DNA of 64,000 nt from Alphaproteobacteria bacterium (GCA_963422645.2 CAXXVO010000008.1:416001-480000), one strand, 5' to 3'. Shown: positions 10,070 through 20,375, counted from the first letter of the stretch. Program-made: numbers and translations. The notes: generated by a model not told the origin, from the sequence alone.

Positions 10070-11017
10070 CTAACGCTTGATCGCGCCGAGGGTGAGGCCG
10101 CGCACCAGGTGCCGCTGGATGAAGAATCCGACGATCACCAGCGGTACGATGGAGACGCACGCGAGCGCCGCCTGAATGCCGTACTGCTGCCCCGACGTGG
10201 CGCTGAAGTACTTGGAGAGCTTGACCGGGATCGTCTCGACGTTGGTGTAGGTCAGCACCAGCGCGAAGAGGAACTCACTCCAGTTGAGGATGAAAATGAA
10301 GAGCCCGGTCGCGATCAACCCACCCTTGATGAGCGGCACAGTGACCTTGAGGTGCGCCTCCCATCGCGACATGCCATCCATCATCGCCGCTTCCTCGATC
10401 TCCTGAGGCAGCTCGTCGATGAAGCTCTTCAGCATCCAGGTGGAGAAGGGCACGGTGACCGCGGCATAGGCCAGGATCAGGCCCCAATAGGAGTCGGTCG
10501 CCTCGATTCCCGGCGCGCTGAACATCACGACGAAGGGGATGGCGATCGCAATGGGCGGGAACATTCGCCCCGATAATATGAAGAAGGGCGTGACGTTGCC
10601 GCCGAATCGGTATCGAGCGATGGCGACCGCAGCCATGAAGCCGACCACAATGGACAGTATGGTCGAGAGCACCGAAATGATGACCGAGCCCCGGATCGAC
10701 TGCCATGCCGATTTGGTCAGGAAGTCGGCGACCGCGCCGCTCACCGCGTTGGATTGGGTCGCGCGCTGAGAGGTGACCTCGCCCTCCTCGGTGTACTGGC
10801 CGAGACCTCCCCGCTGCTCGAGCAGGACGGACGGCCAGAGAATCACGAGATAGTTCGTGACGGTGCCGTTCTCCGACACCCACACCGGCGGCGTCGTGAC
10901 CCACTCGTTCGACGGCTTGAAGGAGGTGGACACCATCCAGAAGAGCGGGAACACCGCGAAGAGCAGCCCCAAGGCGAGCCCGATCGCGCTGCCGGGGCCG
11001 AATTTCCTCGCGCCCAT
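10070..11017 (-). CDS. Carbohydrate ABC transporter permease (MalG-like)
   Basis: EAA loop IEEAAMMDG and NWSEFLFAL motif. Confidence 0.9.
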   Translation of the reverse strand: MGARKFGPGSAIGLALGLLFAVFPLFWMVSTSFKPSNEWVTTPPVWVSENGTVTNYLVILWPSVLLEQRGGLGQYTEEGEVTSQRATQSNAVSGAVADFLTKSAWQSIRGSVIISVLSTILSIVVGFMAAVAIARYRFGGNVTPFFILSGRMFPPIAIAIPFVVMFSAPGIEATDSYWGLILAYAAVTVPFSTWMLKSFIDELPQEIEEAAMMDGMSRWEAHLKVTVPLIKGGLIATGLFIFILNWSEFLFALVLTYTNVETIPVKLSKYFSATSGQQYGIQAALACVSIVPLVIVGFFIQRHLVRGLTLGAIKR

Positions 11018-12004
11018 CTAACGCCTCTCCAGCAACTGATAGCGGATCGGCCGCAGCATCATGTTGATCATCACGACCGTGATCACCAGCACGATGAAGC
11101 CCGCCGACCCCGCGTATGCGAGGCGGAAGTCCTGGAAGCCGAGCTTATAGAGATAGAGGCTCATGGTCTCGGTCGCCGTGCCGGGACCGCCGCGCGTCAG
11201 GATGTAAATCTCGTCGAAGAGCTTGATGACCTCCATGCCGCGGATCACGAAGGCGATGATGATGACGCCCCGCATATTGGGCATGATGACGGTCCAGAAA
11301 ATCCGCCAGTTGCTGGCACCGAGCACGGTGGCAGCCCGCACAGGGTTCTCCGGCACCGCGTTGAGGCCCGAGAGCAGGATCAGGAAGAAGAGCGGCGACC
11401 AGTGCCAGACTTCGGTGATAACCACAGCAAAGAAGGCCAGCACGCCGTGGTTGAGCCACTGCATATCGGCCCCGGCGGTGGTGCCGCCGAGCCAGCCCAG
11501 CACCTGATTGACCGGCCCGGAGTACTGGAAGAGCATGAACCAGGTGTAGCCGACGACGACCGGCATGATCATCATCGGGGTCAGCAGCGCGGTGAACCAG
11601 ATGCGCTTGCCCCAGAAGGTCTTCAGGAAGATCGTCGCCAGCCCGAGCCCGATCAGGAATTCGAGGCAGAGGCTCAACACCGAGATGGCGAGCGTCCGGC
11701 CCAGCGCCTCCAGGAAGCGCGGCTCGTCCGTCACCAGATAATAGTAGTTGAGGCCGAGCTCGGTATCGCCGGAGAACACTGTCGACACGGCCTGCCAGAT
11801 GGAGGTCCCGTGAGTCGGCTGCCATTCGGTCAGCGCGACGAAGAACTCCAGGCCGAAGGGGAAAATCAGCATCATGATTAACAGAAGCTGAACCGGCGTG
11901 ATGAAGAGCGCGCCGATATAGCGCTTGTCGTTGGGGTCGAACAGGCGTGCCCGCGCCTTCAATGCACGCGCGGGCACGCCACCGTTCGCGGTCTTCGTAA
12001 CCAC
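11018..12004 (-). CDS. Carbohydrate ABC transporter permease (MalF-like)
   Basis: PMMIMPVVVG, EAA-like RAATVLGAS and LTRGGPGTATET motifs. Confidence 0.9.
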   Translation of the reverse strand: MVTKTANGGVPARALKARARLFDPNDKRYIGALFITPVQLLLIMMLIFPFGLEFFVALTEWQPTHGTSIWQAVSTVFSGDTELGLNYYYLVTDEPRFLEALGRTLAISVLSLCLEFLIGLGLATIFLKTFWGKRIWFTALLTPMMIMPVVVGYTWFMLFQYSGPVNQVLGWLGGTTAGADMQWLNHGVLAFFAVVITEVWHWSPLFFLILLSGLNAVPENPVRAATVLGASNWRIFWTVIMPNMRGVIIIAFVIRGMEVIKLFDEIYILTRGGPGTATETMSLYLYKLGFQDFRLAYAGSAGFIVLVITVVMINMMLRPIRYQLLERR

Positions 12005-12047
12005 GTTACCAGCAGTCCAGTCGTGTTGTTACGTCTTTAGGTCTGGA

Positions 12048-13661
12048 CTACAGAACCCACTTGTCGACGCCGACGAGCTTCTGCAGCGGCTCCGGATACA
12101 TTTTGGCCAGGCCGTGCCAGCCCTCCTTCTGCTCCGCCTTGCCCAGACGCCGCGTGATGCGGTTCTGCTCCTTGGCGGCGTCTTCCATGGCCTCTTCCGG
12201 CGACTTGTTGCCGTTGTAGGCCGCGGTCAGATTGACGTCGAGCGCGTTGAGGTACTCGGCCGCGCCGCGCAGCTGAATCTCCGGCACCGCATCCACGATC
12301 GCCTCGGCGTGGGTCGCCAGGAAATCGCCCGGATAGGAGGCGAAGAACTCCGCCGACGGGGCGAAGAAGTGGTTGTCGCGCCACGGGTCGAAATAGCCGC
12401 CCTCGTTCGGGATCGAGCGCATCGACATGGTCGGCCCCGTGATCCACTGCGAGAAGCAATAAGCGGCTTCCTGGATCGGCGAGTAGTTGCTCACCACGAA
12501 GTCCCAGGCGAAGGCATGGATGCACGAGCGAATGAGCTCGCCGTTGTGCATGGTGCCGGGCACCTTGGAGACGGCGGTCTGCGAAGGCTCGCCGTCCTCG
12601 CCCTTGCCGGCGATGACCGACTGCGAGCCCGCCGCGTCGTTGCTGTAGCGCCAGAGCGACGGCCAGCCGAACTCGCAGAAACCACGGCCCTGCGCGTAGT
12701 ACTGCGCGTAGTTCTCGGTGAAGCCGTAGGTGAACTGCTCGGCCGGCATGATGTCCTGCAGCGCGATCAGCTCCTTGAGCGTTTCGATGCCCTGCGGCGT
12801 GTCGGCCAGCGAGTTCATGTCCTCGTCGAAATAGAAGTGCCCCTTCGACTGAACCCGGGTCATCCAGTGGAACTTGTTCCAGAACGGCGAGCGATACTCG
12901 AGAGCGCCGTAGAAGTTGTTGTCCGGGTCGTGCATCGTGGCGCAGAGTTCGTCGTACTCGGTCCAGGTATGGACCATTTCCCTCTGCGACTTCGGCGCCA
13001 GGCCCTTCTCGGCGAGCTTGTCCTTGCGGTAGCTGAGGTGCCACCAGTCGCCGTCGCAATAGAGGCCGTAGGTCTTGCCCTTGTACTTCTGCCCGAAGTC
13101 GGACACCGGGAACTGAAGCTGGTTGGGCCCCGAGTAGACCTCGGGATCGTACTTGTCCATGTAGTCGTCGAGCGGCCGCGCCACACCGGATTCGGCGAGG
13201 TCAGCGAGGCTCAGCGGTGCAGGGATCATGATGTCGTAGCGGCCCGTCTTGGCCACCGCTTCCTGCATCGCCTTCTGGTGAGTCTCGGTCACCGGCACCT
13301 CGATCAGCTCGAGATCGAAGCCGGTGAGCCCCTTCCACTCCTCGACGAAGGGCGAGAGGTTACCGCCGGAGCCCGACGGATACATGATGCTGATGGTCTT
13401 CTTCTCGGCACTGTCGAAGAGCGCCTTCGCGCCGTTGATGGCACGCTCCTCAGGCGTGGCACCCTCGGCCGCCCAGGCCTGGCGCACGCTGAAGGGCGCC
13501 TGGTTCATCAACATCTTGATCGCGCCTGCACCGAGCCCGAGCCCGGCCATGCCCTTGATCAGGTCGCGCCGCGAGACCTTGTAGTTCTTCCGGTCCGCGT
13601 GCATCGACCAGAGCCGATACAGCTCCTTCGTAAACTGCTCTTTCTTGTCGGTATGCGACAT
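12048..13661 (-). CDS. ABC transporter substrate-binding protein with Tat signal
   Basis: SRRDLIK twin-arginine motif and AWA cleavage-like site; sugar-binding SBP features (TWTEYDEL); first gene of the ABC operon. ATG 13661 has a GGGAGGG RBS. Confidence 0.85.
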   Translation of the reverse strand: MSHTDKKEQFTKELYRLWSMHADRKNYKVSRRDLIKGMAGLGLGAGAIKMLMNQAPFSVRQAWAAEGATPEERAINGAKALFDSAEKKTISIMYPSGSGGNLSPFVEEWKGLTGFDLELIEVPVTETHQKAMQEAVAKTGRYDIMIPAPLSLADLAESGVARPLDDYMDKYDPEVYSGPNQLQFPVSDFGQKYKGKTYGLYCDGDWWHLSYRKDKLAEKGLAPKSQREMVHTWTEYDELCATMHDPDNNFYGALEYRSPFWNKFHWMTRVQSKGHFYFDEDMNSLADTPQGIETLKELIALQDIMPAEQFTYGFTENYAQYYAQGRGFCEFGWPSLWRYSNDAAGSQSVIAGKGEDGEPSQTAVSKVPGTMHNGELIRSCIHAFAWDFVVSNYSPIQEAAYCFSQWITGPTMSMRSIPNEGGYFDPWRDNHFFAPSAEFFASYPGDFLATHAEAIVDAVPEIQLRGAAEYLNALDVNLTAAYNGNKSPEEAMEDAAKEQNRITRRLGKAEQKEGWHGLAKMYPEPLQKLVGVDKWVL

Positions 13662-13870
13662 GCGCACCCTCCCTTCGGCACCGGGGGGAGATCTCCGGCC
13701 CGGTTGCCATCGTTTGTCCAAGGTTGAGCACCGCACGGGCGCGGCGCGTATCGACACTCCCTTTGCGCGGCGCACAATAACCATGGCGTGCCCGCCATGC
13801 AAATGGAATTAGAATGCTCCCACGCGCCCGTGCCGGCGCCCAGCATCACCCGTGGAGGCAGCACCAAGCC

Positions 13871-14443
13871 ATGCGCTGGATCAAGGAATACACCATCGAA
13901 AAGCCCGCGCTCTGCGACGAGCTGATCAAGGGTTTCAAGCGGACGCGCCGGCTCGGCCTCACTCGGCCGGGGACCAGCGCCAAGGGCGTCGACAAGGCCT
14001 GGAAGGATTCCGAGGACGCGAGCCTCACCTGCTTCCCCTACGAGGTCTACGCCAAGAGCGTGCGCGCCTATCGCGGTCACGTGATGACCTGCCTCGGCGA
14101 CTACCTGCGGGAGTTTCCGGTGCTGGGCGAGGCCTCCGACAAGCTCGGCTTCCTGGAGCCGCCGCAGATGCAGTACTACCAGCCGGGCGGCGCCTTCCAC
14201 GGCGCCCACTACGAGTCGAGCGGCCTCGACCTCGGCCACCGGGTGCTCGCCTTCCAGACCTTCCTCAACGACATCAAGGAGGGCGGCGGCACCTACTTCA
14301 CCTACCAGGATCACCTGGTCACGCCGGCGAGGGGCAAAACCCTGATCTGGCCGGCGGGCTTCACCCACACGCACAAGGGCGAGGTCGCGCCGCGCGAGGA
14401 GAAGTACATCATCACTGGCTGGATCAGCTTCATGGGCGTTTAG
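13871..14443 (+). CDS. 2OG-Fe(II) oxygenase
   Basis: QYYQPGGAF..HYE, FLNDIKEGGGTYF, IWPAGFTHTHKG and KYIITGW motifs. Confidence 0.85.
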   Translation: MRWIKEYTIEKPALCDELIKGFKRTRRLGLTRPGTSAKGVDKAWKDSEDASLTCFPYEVYAKSVRAYRGHVMTCLGDYLREFPVLGEASDKLGFLEPPQMQYYQPGGAFHGAHYESSGLDLGHRVLAFQTFLNDIKEGGGTYFTYQDHLVTPARGKTLIWPAGFTHTHKGEVAPREEKYIITGWISFMGV

Positions 14444-14621
14444 CCCGCATTTCTCACCGCGGGCGGTCGCGTCATGCGGCCCTACCTCATCCCTGTCCGC
14501 CCGCGCCGCCTTGGTGCGCCTGCTGCGCCCGGCCGACCTGGGATTCGCGCGCCGGGCCGCTATGATGCGCGGCCGGCCGCGCCGGGAGCGGCCCCAACCG
14601 CCAGTCAGGAGAGACGCCGCC

Positions 14622-15011
14622 ATGCCCAACGAGATGTACGAGAAAGGTTTGCAAATCCGGCGCGAGGTGCTGGGCTCGGAGTATGTGGACCGCGCCATCG
14701 GCAGCGCCGACGACTTCAACCAGGAATTCCAAGAGATTCTGACCGAGTACTGCTGGGGCGCGGTGTGGGGCCGGCCGGGGCTGAGCCGCAAGCAGCGCAG
14801 CCTCAACAACATTTGCATGCTCTCCGCACTCGGCCGCAATCATGAGCTGGAGCTGCATCTCAAGGGGGCGCTGACCAACGGAGTCACCGTCGACGAGATC
14901 AAGGAGACGCTGATCCAGGTCGCCGTCTATTGCGGCGCGCCGGCTGCGGTCGAAGGCTTCCGCATCGCGCGCCGCGTGGTCGACGAGCACCGCAAGACGG
15001 AGGCCGGCTGA
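14622..15011 (+). CDS. Carboxymuconolactone decarboxylase (CMD) family protein
   Basis: GLQIRREVLG, TEYCWGAVWGRPGL and QVAVYCGAPAA motifs; AGGAG RBS. Confidence 0.9.
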   Translation: MPNEMYEKGLQIRREVLGSEYVDRAIGSADDFNQEFQEILTEYCWGAVWGRPGLSRKQRSLNNICMLSALGRNHELELHLKGALTNGVTVDEIKETLIQVAVYCGAPAAVEGFRIARRVVDEHRKTEAG

Positions 15012-15871
15012 TGCCGACTTTGGGTTTCATCGGCCTCGGCAACATGGGCGGGCCCATGGCGTACAATCTGGCGGTCGCCGGCCACGAGGTGGTGTGCTTC
15101 GATGCGGCAGGTACCGAGGCGCTGGCACCGCCCGGCGCGCCCACGGCCGGCTCTGCAGCGGAGGTGGCGCAGAGGGCTCGCATCGTCTTCCTCTGCCTGC
15201 CCGACGGGGCGGTTGTGCTGCACGTGGCGCGCGAGATCGCCCAATGCCCCGACCGCGCGGCCGGGATCGTGGTGGACAGCACCACTGCCGGCATGCCGGA
15301 CGCCCGCGCGGCCCACGACGTGCTGGCCGAGGCCGGCATCCGCTACGCCGATGCGCCGGTGAGCGGCGGCACGAAGGGCTCGAAGGCCGGCACCCTCGCC
15401 ATGATGGTCGCGGCACCCGACGACCTCTTCGCCGAAATTGAGCCCTATATTCGCCCGATGGCGGCAAACGCCCGCCATGTCGGCACCGAGCCCGGCCAGG
15501 GCATGGCGATGAAGCTGCTCAACAACTTCCTCTCGGCGACCGCGATGGCGGCGACCAGCGAGGCGGTGGCCTTCGGCGTCTCCCAGGGTCTCGACATGAT
15601 GACGATCCTGGAGACGGTCAATCTCTCCACCGGGCGCAACACCGCGACCGAGGACAAGTTCCCCAACCGCATCGCGACCGGCGCGTACGACGCAGGCTTT
15701 GCCACCAAGCTGATGGCCAAGGACCTCCGGCTCTACGAGGCAAGCGTCGCGGCCGCCGCTGCACCGCGCCGGCTCGCCGGGCAGCTTCGGGAAATCTGGG
15801 ACGGTCTGGAAGCCGTCCGCCCTGACTCCGACTTCACCGAGATCTACCAGCACCTACGCGACGGTGGGTAA
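15011..15871 (+). CDS. NAD(P)-dependent oxidoreductase, 3-hydroxyisobutyrate dehydrogenase family
   Basis: GFIGLGNMGGPMA, DAPVSGG and KLLNN motifs; TGATG overlap with the CMD gene. Confidence 0.9.
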   Translation: MPTLGFIGLGNMGGPMAYNLAVAGHEVVCFDAAGTEALAPPGAPTAGSAAEVAQRARIVFLCLPDGAVVLHVAREIAQCPDRAAGIVVDSTTAGMPDARAAHDVLAEAGIRYADAPVSGGTKGSKAGTLAMMVAAPDDLFAEIEPYIRPMAANARHVGTEPGQGMAMKLLNNFLSATAMAATSEAVAFGVSQGLDMMTILETVNLSTGRNTATEDKFPNRIATGAYDAGFATKLMAKDLRLYEASVAAAAAPRRLAGQLREIWDGLEAVRPDSDFTEIYQHLRDGG

Positions 15872-15894
15872 GAGCGCGCGCGCCTATGGCGCCT

Positions 15895-16683
15895 CTATCG
15901 CGCAGTCGTGCCGCCGTCGATGGGGAGCAGCGTGCCGGTGACGAAGCCGGCGGCGTCGGAGGCCAAAAACATCACCGCGTGGGCGATATCGAGCGGCTGG
16001 CCCACCTTGCCGAGCGGGATGTGGTCCTTGAGCTTCTCGCGGATCTCCTCCGACGAGAGGTCGAGGTGCGCCCAGCCCAGGTCGGTCATGGGCGTGTCGA
16101 TATCGCCGGGGCAGACCGCGTTGACGCGAATGCCGTCGCGTGCGTGATCCATCGCCATGCACTTGGTCAACATGACGATGGCGCCCTTGGTCGCGCTGTA
16201 GGCGGGCAGCCGTTCGTAAGCGATCAGCCCGCATTCCGACGACATATTGATAATTGCGCCGCCATCGCCCTGCGCCTTCATCTGGCGCACGGCGGCCCGC
16301 GCCATATAGAAGCTGCCACTGACATTGATGCCGATCAGGTGGTCCCAGTCGTCGTCCGAGGTCTCGTCCACCGGCCCGTGCAGACAGATGCCGGCATTGT
16401 TGAAGAGCACGTCGAGCCGGCCGAAGCGGTCCACCGTCTCGTCCACCAGCCGGTTGCAGTAGGCGGAGTTCGCCACACCGCCGAGACTGAGGGCAGCGCT
16501 GCCGCCGCTGCTCACGATGGCGTCCAGCACCGCACCGCCGCGCGCCGCATCGCGCCCGTTGATCATGACGTTGGCGCCGTGGGCGGCGAAGGCCTCGGCA
16601 GTGCCTTCGCCGATGCCGGAGCTGGCACCGGTGACCAGCACCGTCTTCCCGGCGAATGCGTCGTTGGCGAAGACTGAGGTCAT
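15895..16683 (-). CDS. SDR family oxidoreductase
   Basis: TGASSGIG, NNAG, YSATK and VNAVCPG motifs. Confidence 0.9.
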   Translation of the reverse strand: MTSVFANDAFAGKTVLVTGASSGIGEGTAEAFAAHGANVMINGRDAARGGAVLDAIVSSGGSAALSLGGVANSAYCNRLVDETVDRFGRLDVLFNNAGICLHGPVDETSDDDWDHLIGINVSGSFYMARAAVRQMKAQGDGGAIINMSSECGLIAYERLPAYSATKGAIVMLTKCMAMDHARDGIRVNAVCPGDIDTPMTDLGWAHLDLSSEEIREKLKDHIPLGKVGQPLDIAHAVMFLASDAAGFVTGTLLPIDGGTTAR

Positions 16684-16724
16684 GGGAGCCTCCCTTTGGG
16701 CCGGTTGCGCCTTGCAACCTTGGT

Positions 16725-18170
16725 TTAGCTTGCGAGGACCGGCGGCCGCCGGTCCTTCCAGGGCTTCGCCGCCTCCAGCTGGCCAGCGAGGCGGAAGAGC
16801 GTGCTCTCGTCGCGTTCGCGGCCCACGAGCTGCACGCCGACCGGTAATCCGTCCGCCGTCATGTGCAGCGGCAGCGACATGCCGGGCAGGCCGCAAGCGT
16901 TGAAGGGCGCCGTAAACACGGCATCCGGACCCATCAGCTCGGTGTTGTAGCGGTCGATGTCGCCCATGGTCATCGGGTAATGGCCGTGGCGGCGGGCGGG
17001 ATGGCCGATCACCGGCATCAGGTGAACGTCGCAGTCCGCGAGGCTCGCGACCAGATCGCGGCTGATCTGGCGCAGCTCGTTCACGTCGCGGTAGTGCTGC
17101 GGGCCGTCGATGGTCTTGCCCCTCTGGATGATTGCCCAGATCAGCGGCGCGACATCGTCTTCGGTCGCGGGACGGCCGATGAGCGCCTCGGAATCCTCGA
17201 AGCCCGACGCGGTCTGGGCGGCGGTCATCTGCGTATACGCGGACCAGAAGGGTTCCCAGTCCAGGGCGAGCTCCCGTTCTTCCACTTGATGACCGAGGCT
17301 TTCGCAGAGCGCCGCGGCATCGCGCACGGCCTGCACCACCTCGGCGTGGATGGGGAGCCCGGCCGGCGACGCCGTGGTGACGCCGATACGGAGCGTGCCG
17401 GGGTCGCGCCCCACCTCGTCCAGGTAGGGCGTTGCCGGCATATCGGTGTAGTAGACGTCGCCGGTCACCCGCCCGCCGACCGCGTCCAGATAGGCGGCGG
17501 TCTCGCGCACCGTGTGGGTCACGGTGAGGAAGGAGGCCCCGCCGTACCAGTAGTCGGGGTAGGGATTGAGCGTCACCCGGCCGCGCGAGGGCTTGAGCCC
17601 GACCAGCCCGCAGTGGGAGGCCGGCACCCGCGTCGAGCCGGCGCCGTCGCTCGCATCGACGAAGGGCACCATGCGGGACGCCAGCGCCGCCGCCGCGCCG
17701 CCGCTGGAGCCGCCCGGCGTCCGCTCCAGGTTCCAGGGGTTGTTGGCGCGGCCGAAAAGCGCGGGCTCGGTCGCGAGGCACCAGCCGAACTCCGGCGCGT
17801 TGCTGCGGCCGAGCAGCACGAACCCCGCCTCCTTGATCCGCCGCGTGTAGGTCATGTCGGCGGGACAGACGAAGTCCTTGAAATAGGAGCAGCTGTTGAC
17901 CAGCGGGATGCCCTCCCAGAGCGTGCCGAGATCCTTGAGCAGGAAGGGCACCCCCTTGAAGGGGCCATCGGGCAGCGCCGGGTCTGCGGCGGCCTTCCGC
18001 CCATAGTCGAAGAGCGGGATGGAGACCGCGTTCAGCACAGGGTTCAGCGCCTTGATGCGGCGGATCGCCGCCTCGGCGAGCTCGCTGGGCGTGACCTCGC
18101 CCGCCTTCACCAGCCGGGCGATCTCGAGCGAATCCCTCTGGTCGAACAGGGCTCCGATATCGGCGCTCAT
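16725..18170 (-). CDS. Amidase signature family protein
   Basis: GPFKGVPFLLKD, GGSSGGAAA and SDGAGSTRVPA motifs. Confidence 0.9.
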   Translation of the reverse strand: MSADIGALFDQRDSLEIARLVKAGEVTPSELAEAAIRRIKALNPVLNAVSIPLFDYGRKAAADPALPDGPFKGVPFLLKDLGTLWEGIPLVNSCSYFKDFVCPADMTYTRRIKEAGFVLLGRSNAPEFGWCLATEPALFGRANNPWNLERTPGGSSGGAAAALASRMVPFVDASDGAGSTRVPASHCGLVGLKPSRGRVTLNPYPDYWYGGASFLTVTHTVRETAAYLDAVGGRVTGDVYYTDMPATPYLDEVGRDPGTLRIGVTTASPAGLPIHAEVVQAVRDAAALCESLGHQVEERELALDWEPFWSAYTQMTAAQTASGFEDSEALIGRPATEDDVAPLIWAIIQRGKTIDGPQHYRDVNELRQISRDLVASLADCDVHLMPVIGHPARRHGHYPMTMGDIDRYNTELMGPDAVFTAPFNACGLPGMSLPLHMTADGLPVGVQLVGRERDESTLFRLAGQLEAAKPWKDRRPPVLAS

Positions 18171-18246
18171 GGGGCCTCCCCGGCTGACTGTACTCCCCGC
18201 CGCCCGGGCGTGGCGCGGCCGGCGCGTTGCACATATCCCGTGGCTC

Positions 18247-18291
18247 CGGCCTCTGCAAACGAAAAGGAGCGGGCCCTTAGGACCGCCCCGA
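18247..18291. repeat. Direct repeat copy 1 (degenerate copy of the groEL terminator)
   Basis: CGGCCTCTGCAAACGAAAAGGAGCGGGCCCTTAGGACCGCCCCGA matches 21201-21246 with 2 mismatches and 1 indel. Confidence 0.85.
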
Positions 18292-18487
18292 TTCGAACGT
18301 CCAGCTCCCGACGCTGCCCGGTCATATACTGGACTGTTGTTCTTGGAGCAGCTCGAACAGGAGTCGAGTCATGGGAGACAAGAAGTCGTGCATATCGCCG
18401 TTCCATTCGGTTGTATCCGCGTGGCGAAGCGCTTGCACGTACCGGTCCCTGTTCTCGGGCCTGCGAAGAAGCTCGGGGAGAATGATC

Positions 18488-20375
18488 GTAACTGCCCAGG
18501 TCGTCTGATTTGTCATTTTGGGCCAGTGGATTGAGGCGTTTCTCGTTCGGAGTTGGTGGAAAGGGCTTGACGGGAATTTCGGGAAATGACTCAACAACGA
18601 CATGAGCAATCCCGAGTCGCCGCGCGGCCCTTCGACGGGAGCAGCGCCCGAAACGCCCGCGCAGAAGATCGCCCGCCTGGAGGAGGAGAACGCCCGGCTT
18701 CGGGAGGAAAATGCCTGGCTTCGGCAGCAGAACGCGCGGCTGGAAGAGCAAGTCGCGCGTCTCGTCGAGCGCATCGAGGAGTTGGAGCGCCGTCTCGGCC
18801 TCAACAGCGGCAACAGCGTCAAGCCGCCTTCGAGCGATGGGCTGAGGAAGCCGAATTCGAAGCGGCGAACCCGAAGCCTGCGCGGCAAATCGGGCCGCAA
18901 GCCCGGTGGCCAGCCCGGCCACAAGGGCAAGACGCTGCGCCGCGCCGATCACCCGGATCGGGTGAAGGATCACGTCCCGGCTTCCTGCAAGGGATGCGGT
19001 TCGCCGCTTTCGGACGCGGCCAGGGCGGGAACGCCCGTCGCCCGCCAGGTGTTCGATCTGCCCGAGCCGAGCCCCCTGGAGGTGACCGAGCACCGGGCGC
19101 ATGCCAAGTGCTGCGGGCATTGCGGGACGGTGACCCGGGCGGCGTTCCCCGACGGGGTGTCGGCGCCGGTGCAGTACGGCCCGCGCATTGCCGGGGTGGC
19201 GGTCTACCTTCAGCACGCTCACTTCCTGCCGGAGGATCGGCTGTCGCAGGTGATGGCCGAGCTCTTCGGCGCGCCGGTGACGGCTGCGACGTTGGCGACG
19301 ATGAGCGAGAGGGCGGCCGAGCGGCTGCGGGACGCGGCCTTGCACATACAGGACCTGGCGGCGGGCACGGCGCGGGTGAAACACATGGACGAGACCGGCT
19401 TGCGGATCGGCGGTCAGACGCAGTGGCTTCATGTGATCTGCACGCCGCTGCTGGCGGCGTACCGGGTCAGCGGCAAGCGCGGCGCCCTGCTCTCGGGTGT
19501 CTCCGGCATCGTCGTGCACGATCACTGGAAGCCGTACTTCGCGATGGAAGGGGTGGAGCACGGCCTGTGCAACGCCCATCACCTGCGGGAGTTGCAGGCG
19601 CTGGTGGACATCGAAGGGGAGGCTTGGGCCCGGCGGATGCAGCAGCTCCTGCGCCGAGCCAATCGCGCCGCCCGCATCGCGCTGGACAAGGATATCGCCG
19701 TTCCGGCGAGGCTTGTGGCGCTGATCGAGCGCCGATACGACGAGATCATCGCCGATGCGCTGGCCTTTCACGAGAGCCAACCACCGTTCTCGCCTGGCAA
19801 GAGGAAGAAGCGCCGGAAGCGAAGGATCGGTCACAATCTGGCCTTGAGGCTGCGCGACCACAAATGCGCGGTGCTCCGGTTCCTGATCGACCTCGAGGTC
19901 GGGTTCACGAACAACGAGGCCGAGCGCGACCTTCGGATGATGAAGCTGCGCCAGAAGATCTCCGGGGGCTTCCGGTCCGCGCAGGGGGCCGAGAACTTCG
20001 CCATCCTGCGCAGCGTCATCACCACCGCCAGAAAGCAGGGCTGGAATATCATCGAAGCCCTGACCAGCCCATCGGATCGGCTCATCGCCACCGTCAAGTG
20101 CGCGTAAGCTCACCTGGCACGGGTTCTCCAACAGCGGAGCCATTCTCATAAACGATCATGGTCGACGCCGTGCTGGACCACCCCATAGAATGAAAATCGG
20201 TGCCCGTCGCGCGGGCGGACTTCGGGCCACATCGGGGTAGCTTACCGGTCGCAGTCCGCAAGAGGGGCATCGTGAGCTGTGAAACCCGGCGACCACAGAG
20301 GAGCACACGGGCGTCGCGTGGGTAGCGTTGTGCCGAATCCCAGAGAATTTTCACAGCAAGAACCTGGGCAGTTAC
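18488..20375 (+). mobile_element. IS66-family element (single-ORF, ISBst12-like), copy 1, 1888 bp
   Basis: Ends GTAACTGCCCAGG / CCTGGGCAGTTAC; 8-bp TSD GAATGATC at 18480-18487 and 20376-20383. Confidence 0.95.
18602..20107 (+). CDS. tnpC: IS66 transposase TnpC
   Basis: Coiled coil, NSxNSxKPPSSD, zinc-finger cysteines, HMDETG, VHDH, CNAHHLREL and TNNEAERDLR motifs. Confidence 0.95.
   Translation: MSNPESPRGPSTGAAPETPAQKIARLEEENARLREENAWLRQQNARLEEQVARLVERIEELERRLGLNSGNSVKPPSSDGLRKPNSKRRTRSLRGKSGRKPGGQPGHKGKTLRRADHPDRVKDHVPASCKGCGSPLSDAARAGTPVARQVFDLPEPSPLEVTEHRAHAKCCGHCGTVTRAAFPDGVSAPVQYGPRIAGVAVYLQHAHFLPEDRLSQVMAELFGAPVTAATLATMSERAAERLRDAALHIQDLAAGTARVKHMDETGLRIGGQTQWLHVICTPLLAAYRVSGKRGALLSGVSGIVVHDHWKPYFAMEGVEHGLCNAHHLRELQALVDIEGEAWARRMQQLLRRANRAARIALDKDIAVPARLVALIERRYDEIIADALAFHESQPPFSPGKRKKRRKRRIGHNLALRLRDHKCAVLRFLIDLEVGFTNNEAERDLRMMKLRQKISGGFRSAQGAENFAILRSVITTARKQGWNIIEALTSPSDRLIATVKCA

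Noticed and set aside
15895-18258. 787-aa ORF suggesting a long SDR fusion
   Set aside because: Its N-terminal part is an alternate frame over the amidase gene; the SDR has its own ATG at 16683 with an RBS.
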